Shown one piece after another: positions 1 through 12,730 of a stretch of DNA of 64,000 bases. The notes under the pieces are model-generated. The model searched no databases and was not told the origin of the DNA. It saw only the letters and a list, made by a program, of their open reading frames with translations. Origin of the DNA: Halocafeteria seosinensis (taxonomy: Eukaryota); the NCBI GenBank assembly GCA_001687465.1, contig LVLI01000118.1:1-64000 (forward strand), in the 5' to 3' direction. Each line of letters starts with the position of its first letter. Position 1 is the stretch's first letter. The translations under genes were made by a program, and so were the position numbers.

Positions 1-119
1 ATGCTTGCCCTCAAGGCCAGTCTGAGCGACGGACCAAGAATACTACATTTCGATACCCTCATGGCCATGTATGCCCCAATTACATTACAAATACGGCTGT
101 ATTCTGGCAATATCGAGAA

Positions 120-490
120 AGTAGAAAAGTCACCTTTCCGCTCTCAGATGGCCAGGGTGAATTTGGAATTCACCAGCCCAAATGCGGAATCCGGAGGGAG
201 CCAGGGTGACTTTTCACCCTGAAAGTCACCCCAAAAAGTCAACTTTCCTTAATAAGCCACCAGATTTGGTCGTTACTAACGACTCGTTAGGTAGGGTAAG
301 ATTCACCTTTTTCAACTTCAACTTTTTCAACTTCCGTTAATAAGACACACCCTTATTACACTTTTGAAAATTTCACTTTTGAAAATTACACTTTATATGG
401 AGAAAGGAAAAATGGTGAATAGCGTCAGCGTTTTTGATGTTTGGCTTTGAGCTTAGCGAAAAGTCATTTCATCAAAAATTCACCATTTTT
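120..490. repeat. Cluster of short direct and inverted motifs (AAAAGTCACC / GGTGACTTTT), possible DNA-transposon subterminal region
   Basis: Motif variants recur near 126, 152, 202, 222, 234, 301, 460 and 476. Inverted repeat CAGGGTGA (202-209) / TCACCCTG (214-221). Near-perfect 15-bp tandem duplication ACTTTTGAAAATT(T/A)C at ~360-390. Confidence 0.4.
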
Positions 491-1716
491 CCTCTAGTAT
501 TATATTCCCACTCCCATCCCACGGGCTTAACGCCCGGATCTCCGCCGATAACATTTCTCTCTATCATCCGATCTTCGCCCACCCGCTCAAACTCTATGCT
601 TGTGCTTCCAAACAGTCGCCTTCTATTGCATCGCGTTGACTGAACCCTTGATGGAAGGTTGATGAGGTCCGAGCTTGGGAACGAGCAATAAAATTGAATC
701 GTTGTTTAACAATGGAAACGGTCAAAATTTAACGAACTAGCGGGCAATCTTTTACAAAACTCTAATGGTCTACGCTCAACATAGCATTTCATTTTATGTA
801 TGCTTGTGATTTATTCAAGCTAACATAGAATGGTGGGAGATCCGTTGTCGGCACGAAAGGCTCCACAGCTGTAATCGTCAGGACCAGGAAGTTGCTCAGT
901 GTGCTCGGAAGTAGAAAAATTGGGTGCTCTCGTCCTGGGGACAGCTAAGATATCGACCCGAAATTCTACGCAACACGGCAATGAGAAACCACGTTTTAAT
1001 CTTAGGATTTAGTGTCCCGGAGATTTCCGGTCCTCCTGAAGTGCCGGCTCTAGGGTTTCGAGTCGCTTTAAAGTCATCCTTCTTCCGTCGAGATGCTCTG
1101 TTGAGATTGTTCTTCGGGCCGTAAGCGTACCCAATATTCCTCCGGCCCCCGCGGATTCTTCGCGATATATGGGATATGTCGCCTGTAGGGTAGAACCATA
1201 ATCAAGTGAGGTCCGTTGGCCCGTCTAGCTGCTGTGCTCCAACATCATTTCCCGCAATGCAAACAGTAATATGAGGGCCTTTGGACGGAATGGAGCACCG
1301 CTTCCTATTGCCTATTCCCCCTGTAAACCCAAGATACTCGATATTCAATTCCTCCATGCCATGTATCAGGTCACTAATTGAATGGTTAACGCTTTTCCTT
1401 TCTCAGCATCCAATCGTGCTCCAGTTGTAGGGCATACTTAGTATGGGTATTCACCAATGATTTTTGGTAGGCATCAGCCAGGCCACGAGTCCTCATCATA
1501 TATTTGAGGATTGATTTATATAATTCAATTTAATTTGAATTATACTTTATTTCAATGGTTTTTCAGCCTCTTACTAAAACGCCACCTTTGGGTTGATAAA
1601 GGTTTTCTTGTTTTACTATGTGACTGGCTTTTGGTAGCGTCTTTTTCCTATAATAGTACTACCCAGATATTTTTCTAAGTGGTTTTTCACTCTAACCTTA
1701 GTAGAACTTACTTCTT

Positions 1717-1851
1717 TTAAAAATCTTGAAGACTTGATTCAGGAATCCATTCAGGGATTAAATCTTCGTATCCGAGCCAAACAACTTGGATTTCCTTCTT
1801 ACCATTACGGGTGCGTCGTTTCAGCACTTCTTTCACTAAGAAGAAGTCCAT
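1717..1851 (-). CDS. 44-aa stand-alone chromodomain-like ORF (below the ORF-track size cutoff)
   Basis: Manual translation: MDFFLVKEVLKRRTRNGKKEIQVVWLGYEDLIPEWIPESSLQDF*. Fits the chromodomain pattern (F/Y)xVExILxxR...VKWxGY....WIPxxxL. In-frame TAA just upstream of ACAACC-ATG-G. Confidence 0.6.
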   Translation of the reverse strand: MDFFLVKEVLKRRTRNGKKEIQVVWLGYEDLIPEWIPESSLQDF

Positions 1852-2469
1852 GGTTGTTTATGTTTCACGCACCTCCCAGGTGCGTTATGCTGTCTTCGAG
1901 CTCCTTGATAGCCTTCTCAACGATATCCTTACCTGTACTTGTCTCGACACACATCAATCTTACCCTAAATCACTCATCGCATAGTGGCGAAGCCGCATAT
2001 AGCATCACAGGGTGCAACCAACAAGTAAGCAGTGCGCTTTCACATTTGAGTGTGGAGAAAGTCGAGGGAAAGAAGAACGTGACGTGAAGTCTGCATCGTG
2101 CGTTGTTGCAGTGCTCTAGGGTCATCGCCGCATAATCTGCCTTGTGTACATGAGCAGTTCTCAGGGCTCTGAGTCGAAGTCCTGCCTGTACATTGTACCA
2201 TCATCAGAGCTTCAATACAACGGCCAATTCGCTGACTTTCGTCACCATAGTAGCCCACCCCGAAGTAACAATCACAGAAAAGGTCGTCGACGACATTAAA
2301 CGTGGCTTTGTTTTACCCCAGCCTTGGTTACTTGCTTGGGCAGTGATTGCCGCGCCGTGTCACCCTGTTTCAGCGGGCTGTGGATACCCGGCGGGCATGG
2401 CTTTTCGCTCGGCCCGAAAGGTCCCGGGTGGCGGGCGACGGAAGCCAGGTCGCAAGCTCTTGACACCCT

Positions 2470-3910
2470 AGTTCTCTGCACAACTTCGTTCAAACCCGCT
2501 GCTAATTACGATACAAAGGACGGTAGAATGTGGTGGAAGTGTGTGCATTTAGTAATGCCCCAATGTAGCGTACCCAGATAGGCACAGACGCAGCTAACAG
2601 GCACTTCCGACTGGAAGTTCCGAAGCTGGGGGCGCTAGTTGAAGTTGACACACAAGAGAGACGGGAACATGCCTTCTCCTTATATTCCCCTGTATAAAAA
2701 TCACAAAAAGGGTATAATATAGAACAAACATTCCTTCGACATGACCAGGGTGTGCTCAATTGGCAAAATTCAAATGACGGATTTCCGATTTGAAAATTTC
2801 GAGATATAGCCCCGTGGAGCGATATTCGAGCACCTGCAGAAGGTATATCAGTGTTAGGTCCAACTACCTCTCAGAAAGATGCAAAAGTCAGACGTGTGGA
2901 GATGCTTCAGTGGACCTTCGAAGGATTCAGACGGTACACTCAAGTTGTGACAAGGGAAAAATGAGAAGTCCTCCACCGGGAGTTTCATCAAGCATCTCTG
3001 GAAAAACCACCCGGGTTGGGAGAAGATGCTGGAGAGTGTTTGGCTCATACTGTGTGCGATGGCACTCGACCCATGTGCTGCTTGAAAGATTTCTTCGCCT
3101 ATCAAGCTATCATGAACTTGCTGATAATGCCGCTCTCGAAGCTTCCCATTACCAAAGGACTCGCTTTGAGCTTCATGTACTTCCATCTCCATGATCAGGT
3201 TCTAAAAGGCTACTCCCTCCGATTCACCGATGGTAAAGGATTTCAAGAAAATATTTATGGAATATATGAATGAGAGAATACAGAAACAGGAAATAAGGGA
3301 GTATGATCGACCCTCGTTTCTTAAGGCCGGAGCTGGAGATTTCCAACATTGATGAAGCAGAGACACGGCGACTATAGCAAAGTACCAAGATCTTGAAGTC
3401 TTTCATTACGTCGTACTGGGCTCACCAAAACAATATCCCTTACGGTCTGTCTGTGGATGATCTGTACGCCCCTAGACCTGAAAAGGTTGACGCCAACCAG
3501 GGCCTGAGTTTGTCTACATCGAACTTCCATGATCACTTCGATGTTGAGTGGTGCAATTACCTAAAGCGAGCCCAGTTTTCGGAGAATGATCCTCTAGACT
3601 TTTGGAAGCAAGAATCAGAGCATCTACCGTTGCTTAGCGGGGCCGCCAGGCTCCTAATCCCATTCCCTGCTTCTTCTGCTGGTCCGGAAAGAGTATTCAG
3701 CGTCGCAGCATGCCCGGACTCTCAACAATATTCTTGTCCTTCGACATTCCTGGCTTGGATGACTTGACTGTAGTAAAAGGCTTCCAGAATCGCATACAGA
3801 GGAGGGTAACTAGACGTCGCAGGAAGAAACGATGATGCGTATGAGGATCTCAATGAGAAAACTGAGACCGAGACTCCTCGACTGCGGGCCAGTTCAAACG
3901 CGAACTTCGA
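2470..3910 (+). mobile_element. Degenerate, internally deleted hAT-superfamily transposase relic
   Basis: Fragments in colinear order: BED-finger-like MWWKCVH...GTDAANRHF, then DGTRPMCCLKD, then IDPRFL (cf. LDPRFK), then a C-terminal dimerisation domain DPLDFWKQESEHLPLLSGAARLLIPFPASSAGPERVFSVA (3393-3767). Many stops and frameshifts. DDE core not seen. Confidence 0.75.
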
Positions 3911-4208
3911 CACATTCCCATTTTATATCAATGAAAACATCGTTTACCATTACAATATGAGCTTTATTCAGTCCTAAAAACATATTCCATTTACACAATT
4001 ATATATTCTACTTGTAAGTTATGGACAATAGTACCTCTTATAAGAGATTTTGGAACCTGGGAGCTTCACAGACTCAATCAATCAGTTCATAGGACTCTGT
4101 GTGTGTGTATGATTCAGCAGGCTTGTTCACCCACATATATATGGAAGCAGACTTTGCATATCCATTCACTGCCTAATACGTTTTGCCTATACCGACGTAC
4201 GCTCGTGG

Positions 4209-5816
4209 ATGACGATGCGAGGACGACTGTGCTGCATGCCAAGAACTTCCCGCCGGGTGTTTGGGGTAGCCTGTTTGAGACAACCATCATCATATTCATG
4301 GACTTCTTACCAAGGACAGTCAGGACCATACTATCGTGCCATTCGGACGACGTCTGCTCGGAGGATTGAAGGACCGAAGAAGCTGTCTTTCAGCACTCGC
4401 ACAGATAACAGATCAAACACAGAAGTAGCGGCTGCGTCCAAAGGTGGCACCGCTTGGAAGTTGTCCCTTGCGGCGATGGTGCTGGGAATTGGTGGGTTCT
4501 ACTGGCACAGCAATGAGAAGGCAAAGGAGCATGATCCTCGCACTGTGCATAATAGGGGTCTTCAGAATGAACCAGACTTTTTACAACGAGTGAAACGAAC
4601 CATCGGAAATGCTGTGCAGAGCTCTTGGGTGCAGCCTTACATGCCTGACCAAATATATCCCTACGTGACTATGCTCTTAGGTCATGACGCCTTTGACGCA
4701 GAAGATGGGATAGAGGAGATTTTCACGGAAGAACAAATCAACAATGCATGGGAAGCTCTAAGGAATCCTCCCCAGAAATTGCCTGTGTTATCGAGTGACG
4801 AACGCACAGTGTTTGTGTGTCTGAACCTTATCCACTGGGCAACAAAGTATCAAGTTGCCATGGTGTCGCTCTTGTCGGACCAAAACCGGCTAGAGGAGGT
4901 GCGGTTTCGCATTTTGTACGTGTAACACCGGTGCAATGCAACGGCCATCATTGTTGTCTAGTTGACGGCTTTGCTACGCAGGATGTGCATTGAGTTGTAT
5001 CAGCGAGGAACAGAAAAGGGAAAAAGGCAAGCTTCAGAGCGAGATGCAGCGCTATTGAAAAAATGGTATTCCTGGCTTGAAGAAGTTGAGGGGCTCTTAC
5101 GATCCCAGGAAGAACATCGCCTCAGACTGCAGTGTAATTTTGGAGCCGCCGTAGCCTGGGGAAAGAACCAAAATGTCAAACCTGTTTCACGTGCATCAGC
5201 CGACTCTGCACAGACTGATCCACCGAAAACATCCAGGGACAAACTCCTTGCTGAAGGACCAAAGACGCTTCAGAGTGCTGGCCGAATGCTCATCCAGTGT
5301 ATCGAAAGTTTGCAACCAGCCGCACCCAAAATGCATCGATTTTTCTGCTTGGGAGGAGAGCAAACTGACTTGGTCTCGAGCTCGCAGCGGGTTATATACG
5401 TAGCAGCACCTGATACGCGGAAACAAATAATTCAACAAGTGTTACCTCCCGTGCTCAGTTTTATTTTTCGTAAACTCAGTGAGGCGCAACTCAACAATTC
5501 TGAAGTCGGTGCTCAAGATATCTTGAGATCTATGACAACTATGCCAGAGGACTTAAGAAGATATCATCTGCACCAACAAGCGATAGGATTGAAACTTGGA
5601 CCCATTGAGGAAGGACTGAAAACTTTTGGCGGAACATCTGCTGATGCTCAGCCGGCTTTGATGTCACCTACATCACATTCGAAATCTAGGCAATTAGCAA
5701 TGTCTACTCCTCACCCCGGAAGGGAAGCCCTCTTCCTGATGGAGATGACGTTTAGCAACCGAGAAGTAAACAGGCTGGCATCAGTGGTATTTCGACAATT
5801 GGATGATGTCAAATGA
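4209..5816 (+). CDS. Unknown protein, two exons, Arg/Ser-rich N-terminus and one TM helix (possibly mitochondrial)
   Basis: ORFs 4209-4925 and 4962-5816 join in frame through a phase-0 intron at 4899-4961 (GTGCGG...CTAG). Hydrophobic segment LSLAAMVLGIGGFYW. Confidence 0.6.
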
Positions 5817-6414
5817 AGCAAATTGCATCAAAGGAAATTTGCCACTTTACACGAAGCTCGATCAACCAACGTATTGCTTGAATGTAGCCTTGCAAGACCG
5901 ATGTGTACTCTACTTTTTGGTCCCGACACGTCACCTGCTGTGGTTCCAGGAACTGAATTTATTATGCTGCTCCGTCGGAAGCAAAGAGAAGAAATGTCCA
6001 CAGCGGTTAGTTATACAAAACGTGCCTTTCTTGCCTGTGGCCCATGGTGAGATACACACAATGCCACGGACTGGTGGATCAGCAACTTTTCCGATGAAAC
6101 AACATAAGCAGGTATGTATGTGTGGGCGTGCGTTTGCGACACGACACAGTCGTACTAATACAACTTAGAGCAGTGCGTGTGATCCAACGCGTTTCAAACT
6201 GCCACATAATTTTTCTCTCTTAAAATCCTGTCTCCACAACTGCTGCAACTTCACAGCAATTCTGCCGATGATGCACTGAGAATCTGAGATGCCCAGTTTG
6301 GCACTCACATACGGGTCACAACTTCGTTGATAGGTGTTACACATTCCCATGAGTAGATGAACATGTGCGTTATGTTTAGTTAAAGCCAATATTAGCCATA
6401 AAAAATCTGTGTGC

Positions 6415-9327
6415 ATGCGTATACCTCTCTCTTCTGTCCGATCCTACTGGGAAGCCAAACGTGCTGCGCGAAGAATGTGCCAGACAGGAGCTTGTGGTCA
6501 TTGGATCGGCTTCTTCGCTGTTGTTGCCGCCGTAGGATGTATATATTGGCGTACCTTGTTCCGGACTATCCCTGGAGGGGACAGCGGTGAATTGCTGGCC
6601 GAAGCGTGTCATTTAGGAGTGGCACATCCTCCAGGTACGTCTGGAGTCAACACTTGCATGCATTCATTCACCCGAGAACGCCCATGGTGCTCGTTTGAAA
6701 CCTCCGTTGATCATGCAGGATATCCATTACTCACGTTTGTACTGCATTTTGTTCTTCGTTTCTCTGAAAGCTCCGGACTTTCTCCGGCATTTCGAGCCAA
6801 TCTCTTCTCAGCAAGTACGTGTACGAGACTTGGTGGGTATCAGAATAATAGTTTGGTTTTACAACTGGACAATTTGTTAGATACGCTACAGTATTGGGAT
6901 CCGTGGCTGCTGGAGCTTTGTATAGTGCCACGTATTACATTTTGGAAAGCTATGACAGAGGCAAAAGTGTCGATGAGCTGGACCACAGGATAAAAGGGAA
7001 ACGATTCAAGGCGCAGTCGATAACGACGGATATGGGGTCGACAACGACGAATACTCCTCTGAAAGTCTTCAGCTCTATGTCGGCTGCGATGCTGTTTGCT
7101 TTATCTCCACGAGTGTGGACGTATGCTGTAGGGATCGAAGTATTTTCCCTCAACAACTTGTTTGCCTGTTGGTTGCTACGAGAATTTGTCCTTGTGTTGC
7201 AAGCTATACGTATACCTCGGCAACGCCTCGTGTGGTGCGCTTTCTTATGTGGAATAGCCATGACAAACCAACACACCATTGTCTTATTTGAGATCCCGAT
7301 GATAGTCATTTCTATTGCTTGGTTTCGCAAGGAAGTCGGAATGTCCGACCTGATGAAATACGTTTGTGCGTTTAGCGGAGGTCTGCTTCCTTACCTCTAT
7401 CTCTACTGGATACAAACAGTTTCGCGAAAAGCCGGGTCTTGGGGAAACACTGCATCAATTTCGGGCCTATTGCACCATATTCTACGAAGGGGTACGTTGA
7501 GTTACATTGACGGGGCCAAAGGAGCCTACCCTCAGAAAATTGTTTCACTGACTGTGCAGACTACGGAACCTTTCAGCTATACTCGGGGGACGTTACAAAC
7601 GCACCCACCTTTCAACAGAAAATCACAGAGTACATCAAGGACACTGCAGCAGTACAACTGGAACCAGCCATGACTATCGTACTTGCGATAGGTTTATGGA
7701 TGATGATCTTTAGGACACTAGTCCAGAAGCACCCGGCGGGAGAAAGGTTTAGGCTAACGATTGCCTCTTTGTTTGGGGTTTGGTTATTCTACGTCAGCGG
7801 ATTTCATTCCTTGAGCAACATGCCACTGGGAGATCCCCTATTGTTTGAAGTTCATTCCCGCTTCTGGCAACAACCAAACGTTATCACATTGACGCTACTC
7901 GGAGTTGCCATTTTTGTGCTGTCGAAAGAATTTATTATACTCTCAGGAGGACAGGCTAGGAATACCCAGCTCCTTCTTGTATCTATGCTGGTGTTTTATG
8001 TAGGCTTTATTACCCAGAAGCGGATGCCTAAGTACACGCAAAGAATGAATAGCTTTACTGAAGACTATGGGAAGGCGATCCTGGCCGAATTACCCCGAAA
8101 TGCCCTTCTAGTGGTAAACTATGACATGCAGTGGACATCTATACGTTATGCTACCGTTTGCGAAAATTACCGGTCCGATGTAACCGTCCTGGATTCTCCA
8201 ATGTTGTCCTTTGAGTGGTTTCAACACTACCACAGGCTGTACCCGAATGCGACGTTTCCGGGAACACACCTCACTCCTCAATGGACGGTTCCGCATGCAA
8301 ACGGAGGGTTTTCATGGCAGGATTTCCTCGAGTCTAACGTCCCATATGGCGGACCTATACAGCATATGGCTGACTCATTTCCAACCTACGACAGAGTGAA
8401 GCAACATGTGTTGAGATATCGGGAGCTTAAATCGTTCGCCGATGCTGCCATCATTACATCCGCTGAAAGGCTAGAGATGTTATCCTACAGGCGCGTACCG
8501 GCGAGTGGGGTCTTCTTCGCAGGCGCACCAGAGATAGAAGAAACATTGTCCAACTTCACTCTGGTGCCCTATGGGATGACCTCCGTTGCGGTCAGAGAAG
8601 ACTACATCAAAGACCATCACGAGCATGTGCGCACTGCAATAGAAGGCTCACGCGCTCTAGCGAAGACCGCGCAATATTACGCCCCACCAAAATATTCACA
8701 ACACCAAGTAAGTTCTCCCAGGGTCAATTCGCCTAGACCATACGTCACGAACGCTTCAACACGCTGCAGTGGGGACCTCATACGTGGGAACATGCTACGC
8801 GAGTCGAATACTGGATGACGGTGAAGCGTTCGTGTTTCTACAACCTCGAACTCACGACTAAGAGTGAAAGCATCGGTTCCACAGACGAATATAGACTCCT
8901 TCTTGCTAGTTTAACACAACTGGAGAACTACCTGGGAGAATTCGCCAGCAGACGCAAAACGCCAGATGGTCACACCTTCAAGAATCTGGGAGTTGGCTAC
9001 GCGAAGCTGGTTCGCTCTGAGATTCAGCCTCCCGTTGACGTGCCGTGGCCGATACCGCATACTTCAGCAAATGTAGAGGCAAAAAAGCATATGGTGGAGC
9101 ACAGGAGCACTAAGTAAGCAGTCATAACTTAACACAATCCTGTGACTCCGAGCGATTTTCAAATGCTCCTTTTACTATATCACAGAATGCTCAAGGAGGT
9201 AGCATCAATAAGAGTATTGGAGGCGTGGGAGCAGTACTTGGCGACGGAAGATGCTCAATCGGACCCCTCGTCCTCACAGATTTTGCAAATCGTTAAGACC
9301 CTAAGACGCGCAGCTAAAAAGCACTGA
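6415..9327 (+). CDS. TMEM260: TMEM260 / DUF2723-family protein O-mannosyltransferase, multi-exon
   Basis: Signature IPGGDSGELLAEACHLGVAHPPG/YPL (intron 6635-6718), plus EVFSLNN, MTNQHT, SWGN, HHILRR and SRFWQQPN. Many TM segments. Confidence 0.88.
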
Positions 9328-9501
9328 AATTCCTTAAATCAGAGTTGCTAATTTTGCATTGTGCTTGATGCGAGACTGCCCTTCACTAACTGGACTCACG
9401 GTGTGCCTTCCCTTTGTTACGAGGTAGCTGTTGAAACCATTTGACCCTTTGGGATGCCGTGCCGTTCAGAACAGGCTACTATGCAGCAACATTACTATGC
9501 C

Positions 9502-12500
9502 CTAGTAGTCAGATCTTCCTCGTTTCCTCGTTTTCTTGTTGCTGAGGTTATTTACAAATTGACCAGAGCTATTACCCATAAAGTAAGGACCAATGTCAAC
9601 TCCACCAGCAACAAGAGGAGCAATTGCATCTTCATTTTCGGAAAAGGCGGAAATGAACTCTTGCCTCACTCTAGCATAGTGATAATTTGCTAAAGTCTGC
9701 ATATCCACTGCTCGTTTTCTCTTGTCTACAGGAACAGATTCTTTGACAGTGTGGCACACCTTCATCCAATCCAAGATAACGTCATCTTGGCGGAAATCAC
9801 AATGTTCTTCCGCGTAATCTAGCCATTCTTTTTCGAGGGAGCTATCCAGACCATCGTGCACGCATTCCGATGAATCATCGCTGTCCCAATCGACAGTATC
9901 TTCTTCAAACGCGACGGAGCCTTGAGGTACGTGTGCTTCCCAGTGGTGGTCCAAAAAGTCGGAAGCACAACCAAAGTCCGAAACGTTCAGTTGTTGGCAT
10001 TCCTTGCAATGCTTTCTAATATACTCACAGGAATCCACCTCACACTCTCTCGAAAATCCGTCTGGCTGCTCTTCCAATGCGTATTCGGCAGCACCCACCA
10101 TTAAATATAAAGCGGCGGTATCCGTTAGCCTTGTGCGGAAGGGGTCGTCATAGCATACCTTGAATTTGTGCAAGGCAGATATCTCATCATCGCTTTCGAC
10201 ATCACTGACAACAGATGCAGGAAGGGATGTTTCCCCTGATCCCGCTGACTTGTCGTACTGCTGCTCCACTGGTGGTTTCCGACGATTCGGATCCAGCGAA
10301 TCACGGAAAGACTTCAGACGGTCTGATTGGATAAGTCTTACGGTTTCAGCGTTTACAGCAGCTAACTGTCCATAGCCGAATGGGGGCATTATTCCAACAA
10401 AACCAGTGCCAACACCAGGGAGATAATTTAGTTGGTGTGGCAACGCTGAACCTTTCATTCTGATGGTTGCCACATTCGCCGCTAGCGCAGCAATAAACGG
10501 AGTGGCAAACCCTTCCCTGTTGACCTGGATATCAGAAGGTAAATACCATCTTGCTCCACTCTCGAGGATCACTTGCAACAAAGACGAACATAGGCGAACA
10601 GATAATCCAGGATGCCAAGCCCAACAAAACGTATTTGATGACTCATCGGTCACAGCAACCTCGGGGCAACACTTCTCAGGCGCCAGTTTCCGCCGTAGGG
10701 ATTCTGGCAGTCCGTTATCCTCGTCCGGCGCTGTTTCATCTTGCGATATTTCTTCACATGTATGTTTTAATGTGCCCAAGGCGGTGCCAACTCTGCTCAA
10801 TGACTCGTATGCAAGTTCCGCAATGCATTTCTGAAGGCGCTTCATGGAAAGTTCTTCAAGATTATTTTGCTGCTTTTGTTTCATCATTATGCCGCGATAA
10901 GGTCCTCCAATTGCGGTCCCATCATGAAAACGTTGATCGAACGTATTTCCAAAGAAGCTTTCTTGGAGCGAGCTAAGGTTCTTTTTCTCAAGTAGTGAAC
11001 AGCATTCTTCATTGACTCTAGACCAGGCGTTCAGTAGCCTCTCTTTAGCGACATCTTTGGAAACTGTGAAGACAGACCGACATCTCAAGTTCGCTAACAA
11101 CTTGAGAGGCATTTGTGTTTGCTTCTGGAGAAATTTGTCCAGAGATGTCAGACTATCGCTCGGCAGTTTGTGGCGAATTGCGCTCCCCAATGCTGTTACA
11201 TGTAGATCCAAAAAATTCGGTTGACTTGAATCCACGCCACCGTTTTCCTCCGCATACTCAACGTATCTGGCTTTTCCCCCGCTCTCCTCCGAATCAGATG
11301 CGATAACACCAAATCCATCGACTGCAATGGATTCTCCCATAACGGGAAACCGAGTAGCGACGCGATCGGGAGTCAGTCCGCCGATGCCTAACAAATTTTC
11401 CAACGTGCAAGCCATGAGTCCATCTCCCATTTGGCAAATAGGACATACCCAATCCCTATCATCAGCAGGTACACCGTGAGCTTCCGTATCCGCAGCGCAC
11501 TCTTGATGAAAGGCAGCTGGACATCGATCACACAGTATCAAACTCCCGCCGCGCCCGCAACTGCAGCAAACCGAGAAGTGTTCATTGCCTTCTCTAGGGT
11601 CAATGATGCACTCTCCCTCCCGAAGGAGCGCGCTGTTAGCTTTGTACCTAACTGTTTGTCGAAAGGGATAGGCGTACAGGTCTCCGTAGCAAGTAAACAA
11701 TTTCCGTATAGTCTGGGACTTTGGAGTCATCTTATCTAGCGTTCGCAACATATCGACAACAGCGCCTTCACTTTCTCCCAGATTTTCCTTGATTTGGCGC
11801 TGCTTTTGCATTATCACTATCTCAGAGTTATAGTGCACAGCAGACTTGGAGTAAGGCGAGATAGTAAAGGGTTCCTTGGTCACCTCCTCGGTGAAATCTT
11901 CAACCTGCCTCTCTCCCGTCTGCAGCAGTGAAAGAGCCTGTCGTCGTTTTCTCTCCTGGTCGAGCTGATATTTTACTCTTTTGTTTAGGGGTAAGCAAAT
12001 GTGGGCTGGCTCATCTGGACCGGGAAAGTTCAGTCGGCATTGTTTTGGGCCGAACATCCGAGCAAGGTCATCGTATGCCTGTGCCGCTTCATTCGGAGAT
12101 GTGAACGCACGGGTTACCTTTCGCTCCCCTTCACATTGTAAGACAGCATTAAAGCTGTTTGTACCCGAATGGACCACTCCTGCAAACGTTCCGTGAATAT
12201 ACGGTATCTGACTCGACCAAGCTTTGATCTCGCTACGGGAATATGGGGGCACAGGTAGCTCCTCCAGGGGCTCACTTCCGTTAGACTCGTTCGGATGAGT
12301 AGCCGGCTGAGTATCGGGGAAAAAGCCATTGTCTTGCTGATTAGCTACGAACATCTCCTGTCCCGTTGCGTGTGCTCGATTCCAAGGGTCAAATCGCTCT
12401 TCATGTTCATGAACAGGGTAATTCACAATCAATGTCGCATCGTCAGCTGGGGACCAAAAGAGGAGATGATTCAAACCACAAGCGCTGATGTGACTCGCAG

Positions 12501-12730
12501 TCATACGTACATTTTGTACTCAAATATTTCCGAGCCAGACTGTCATAGGATTTTGCAGCATCGAGCGGGGAATCAAACGGACCGTCATGGTAGAGCTTCC
12601 AAGTGTCGTCTACAAAGACTTTAAGCACCGCTCTGAACTTATTTTCGCTGTCCAAACACACACCACGAAATGAGAGAGTGCAACCTTGACCAGCGGAAGT
12701 CCCGTTGGCCGATTCGCTCGAGTGGTTCAT
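9502..12730 (-). CDS. Nuclear protein with two AP2-like DNA-binding domains, a PHD finger and a C2H2-like finger
   Basis: Exon 1 (12730-12511) FRGVCLDSENKFRAVL...FDSPLDAAKSYDSLARKY splices through intron 12447-12510 (GTACGT...CCAG) into the 1000-aa ORF (..LIVNYP). Second AP2: FAGVVHSGTNSFNAVL..FTSPNEAAQAYDDLARMF..LNFP. PHD: CCSCGRGGSLILCDRCPAAFHQEC..WVCPIC. C2H2-like: CKEC..F..FLDHHWEAH. Basic C-terminal tail. Confidence 0.8.

Noticed and set aside
1..1450. Short ORFs 1-222, 434-643 and 924-1124, and an AYSPCKP string faintly like the Tc1/IS630 PYSPDLNP motif
   Set aside because: No other supporting motifs and stops in all frames; cannot be assigned.
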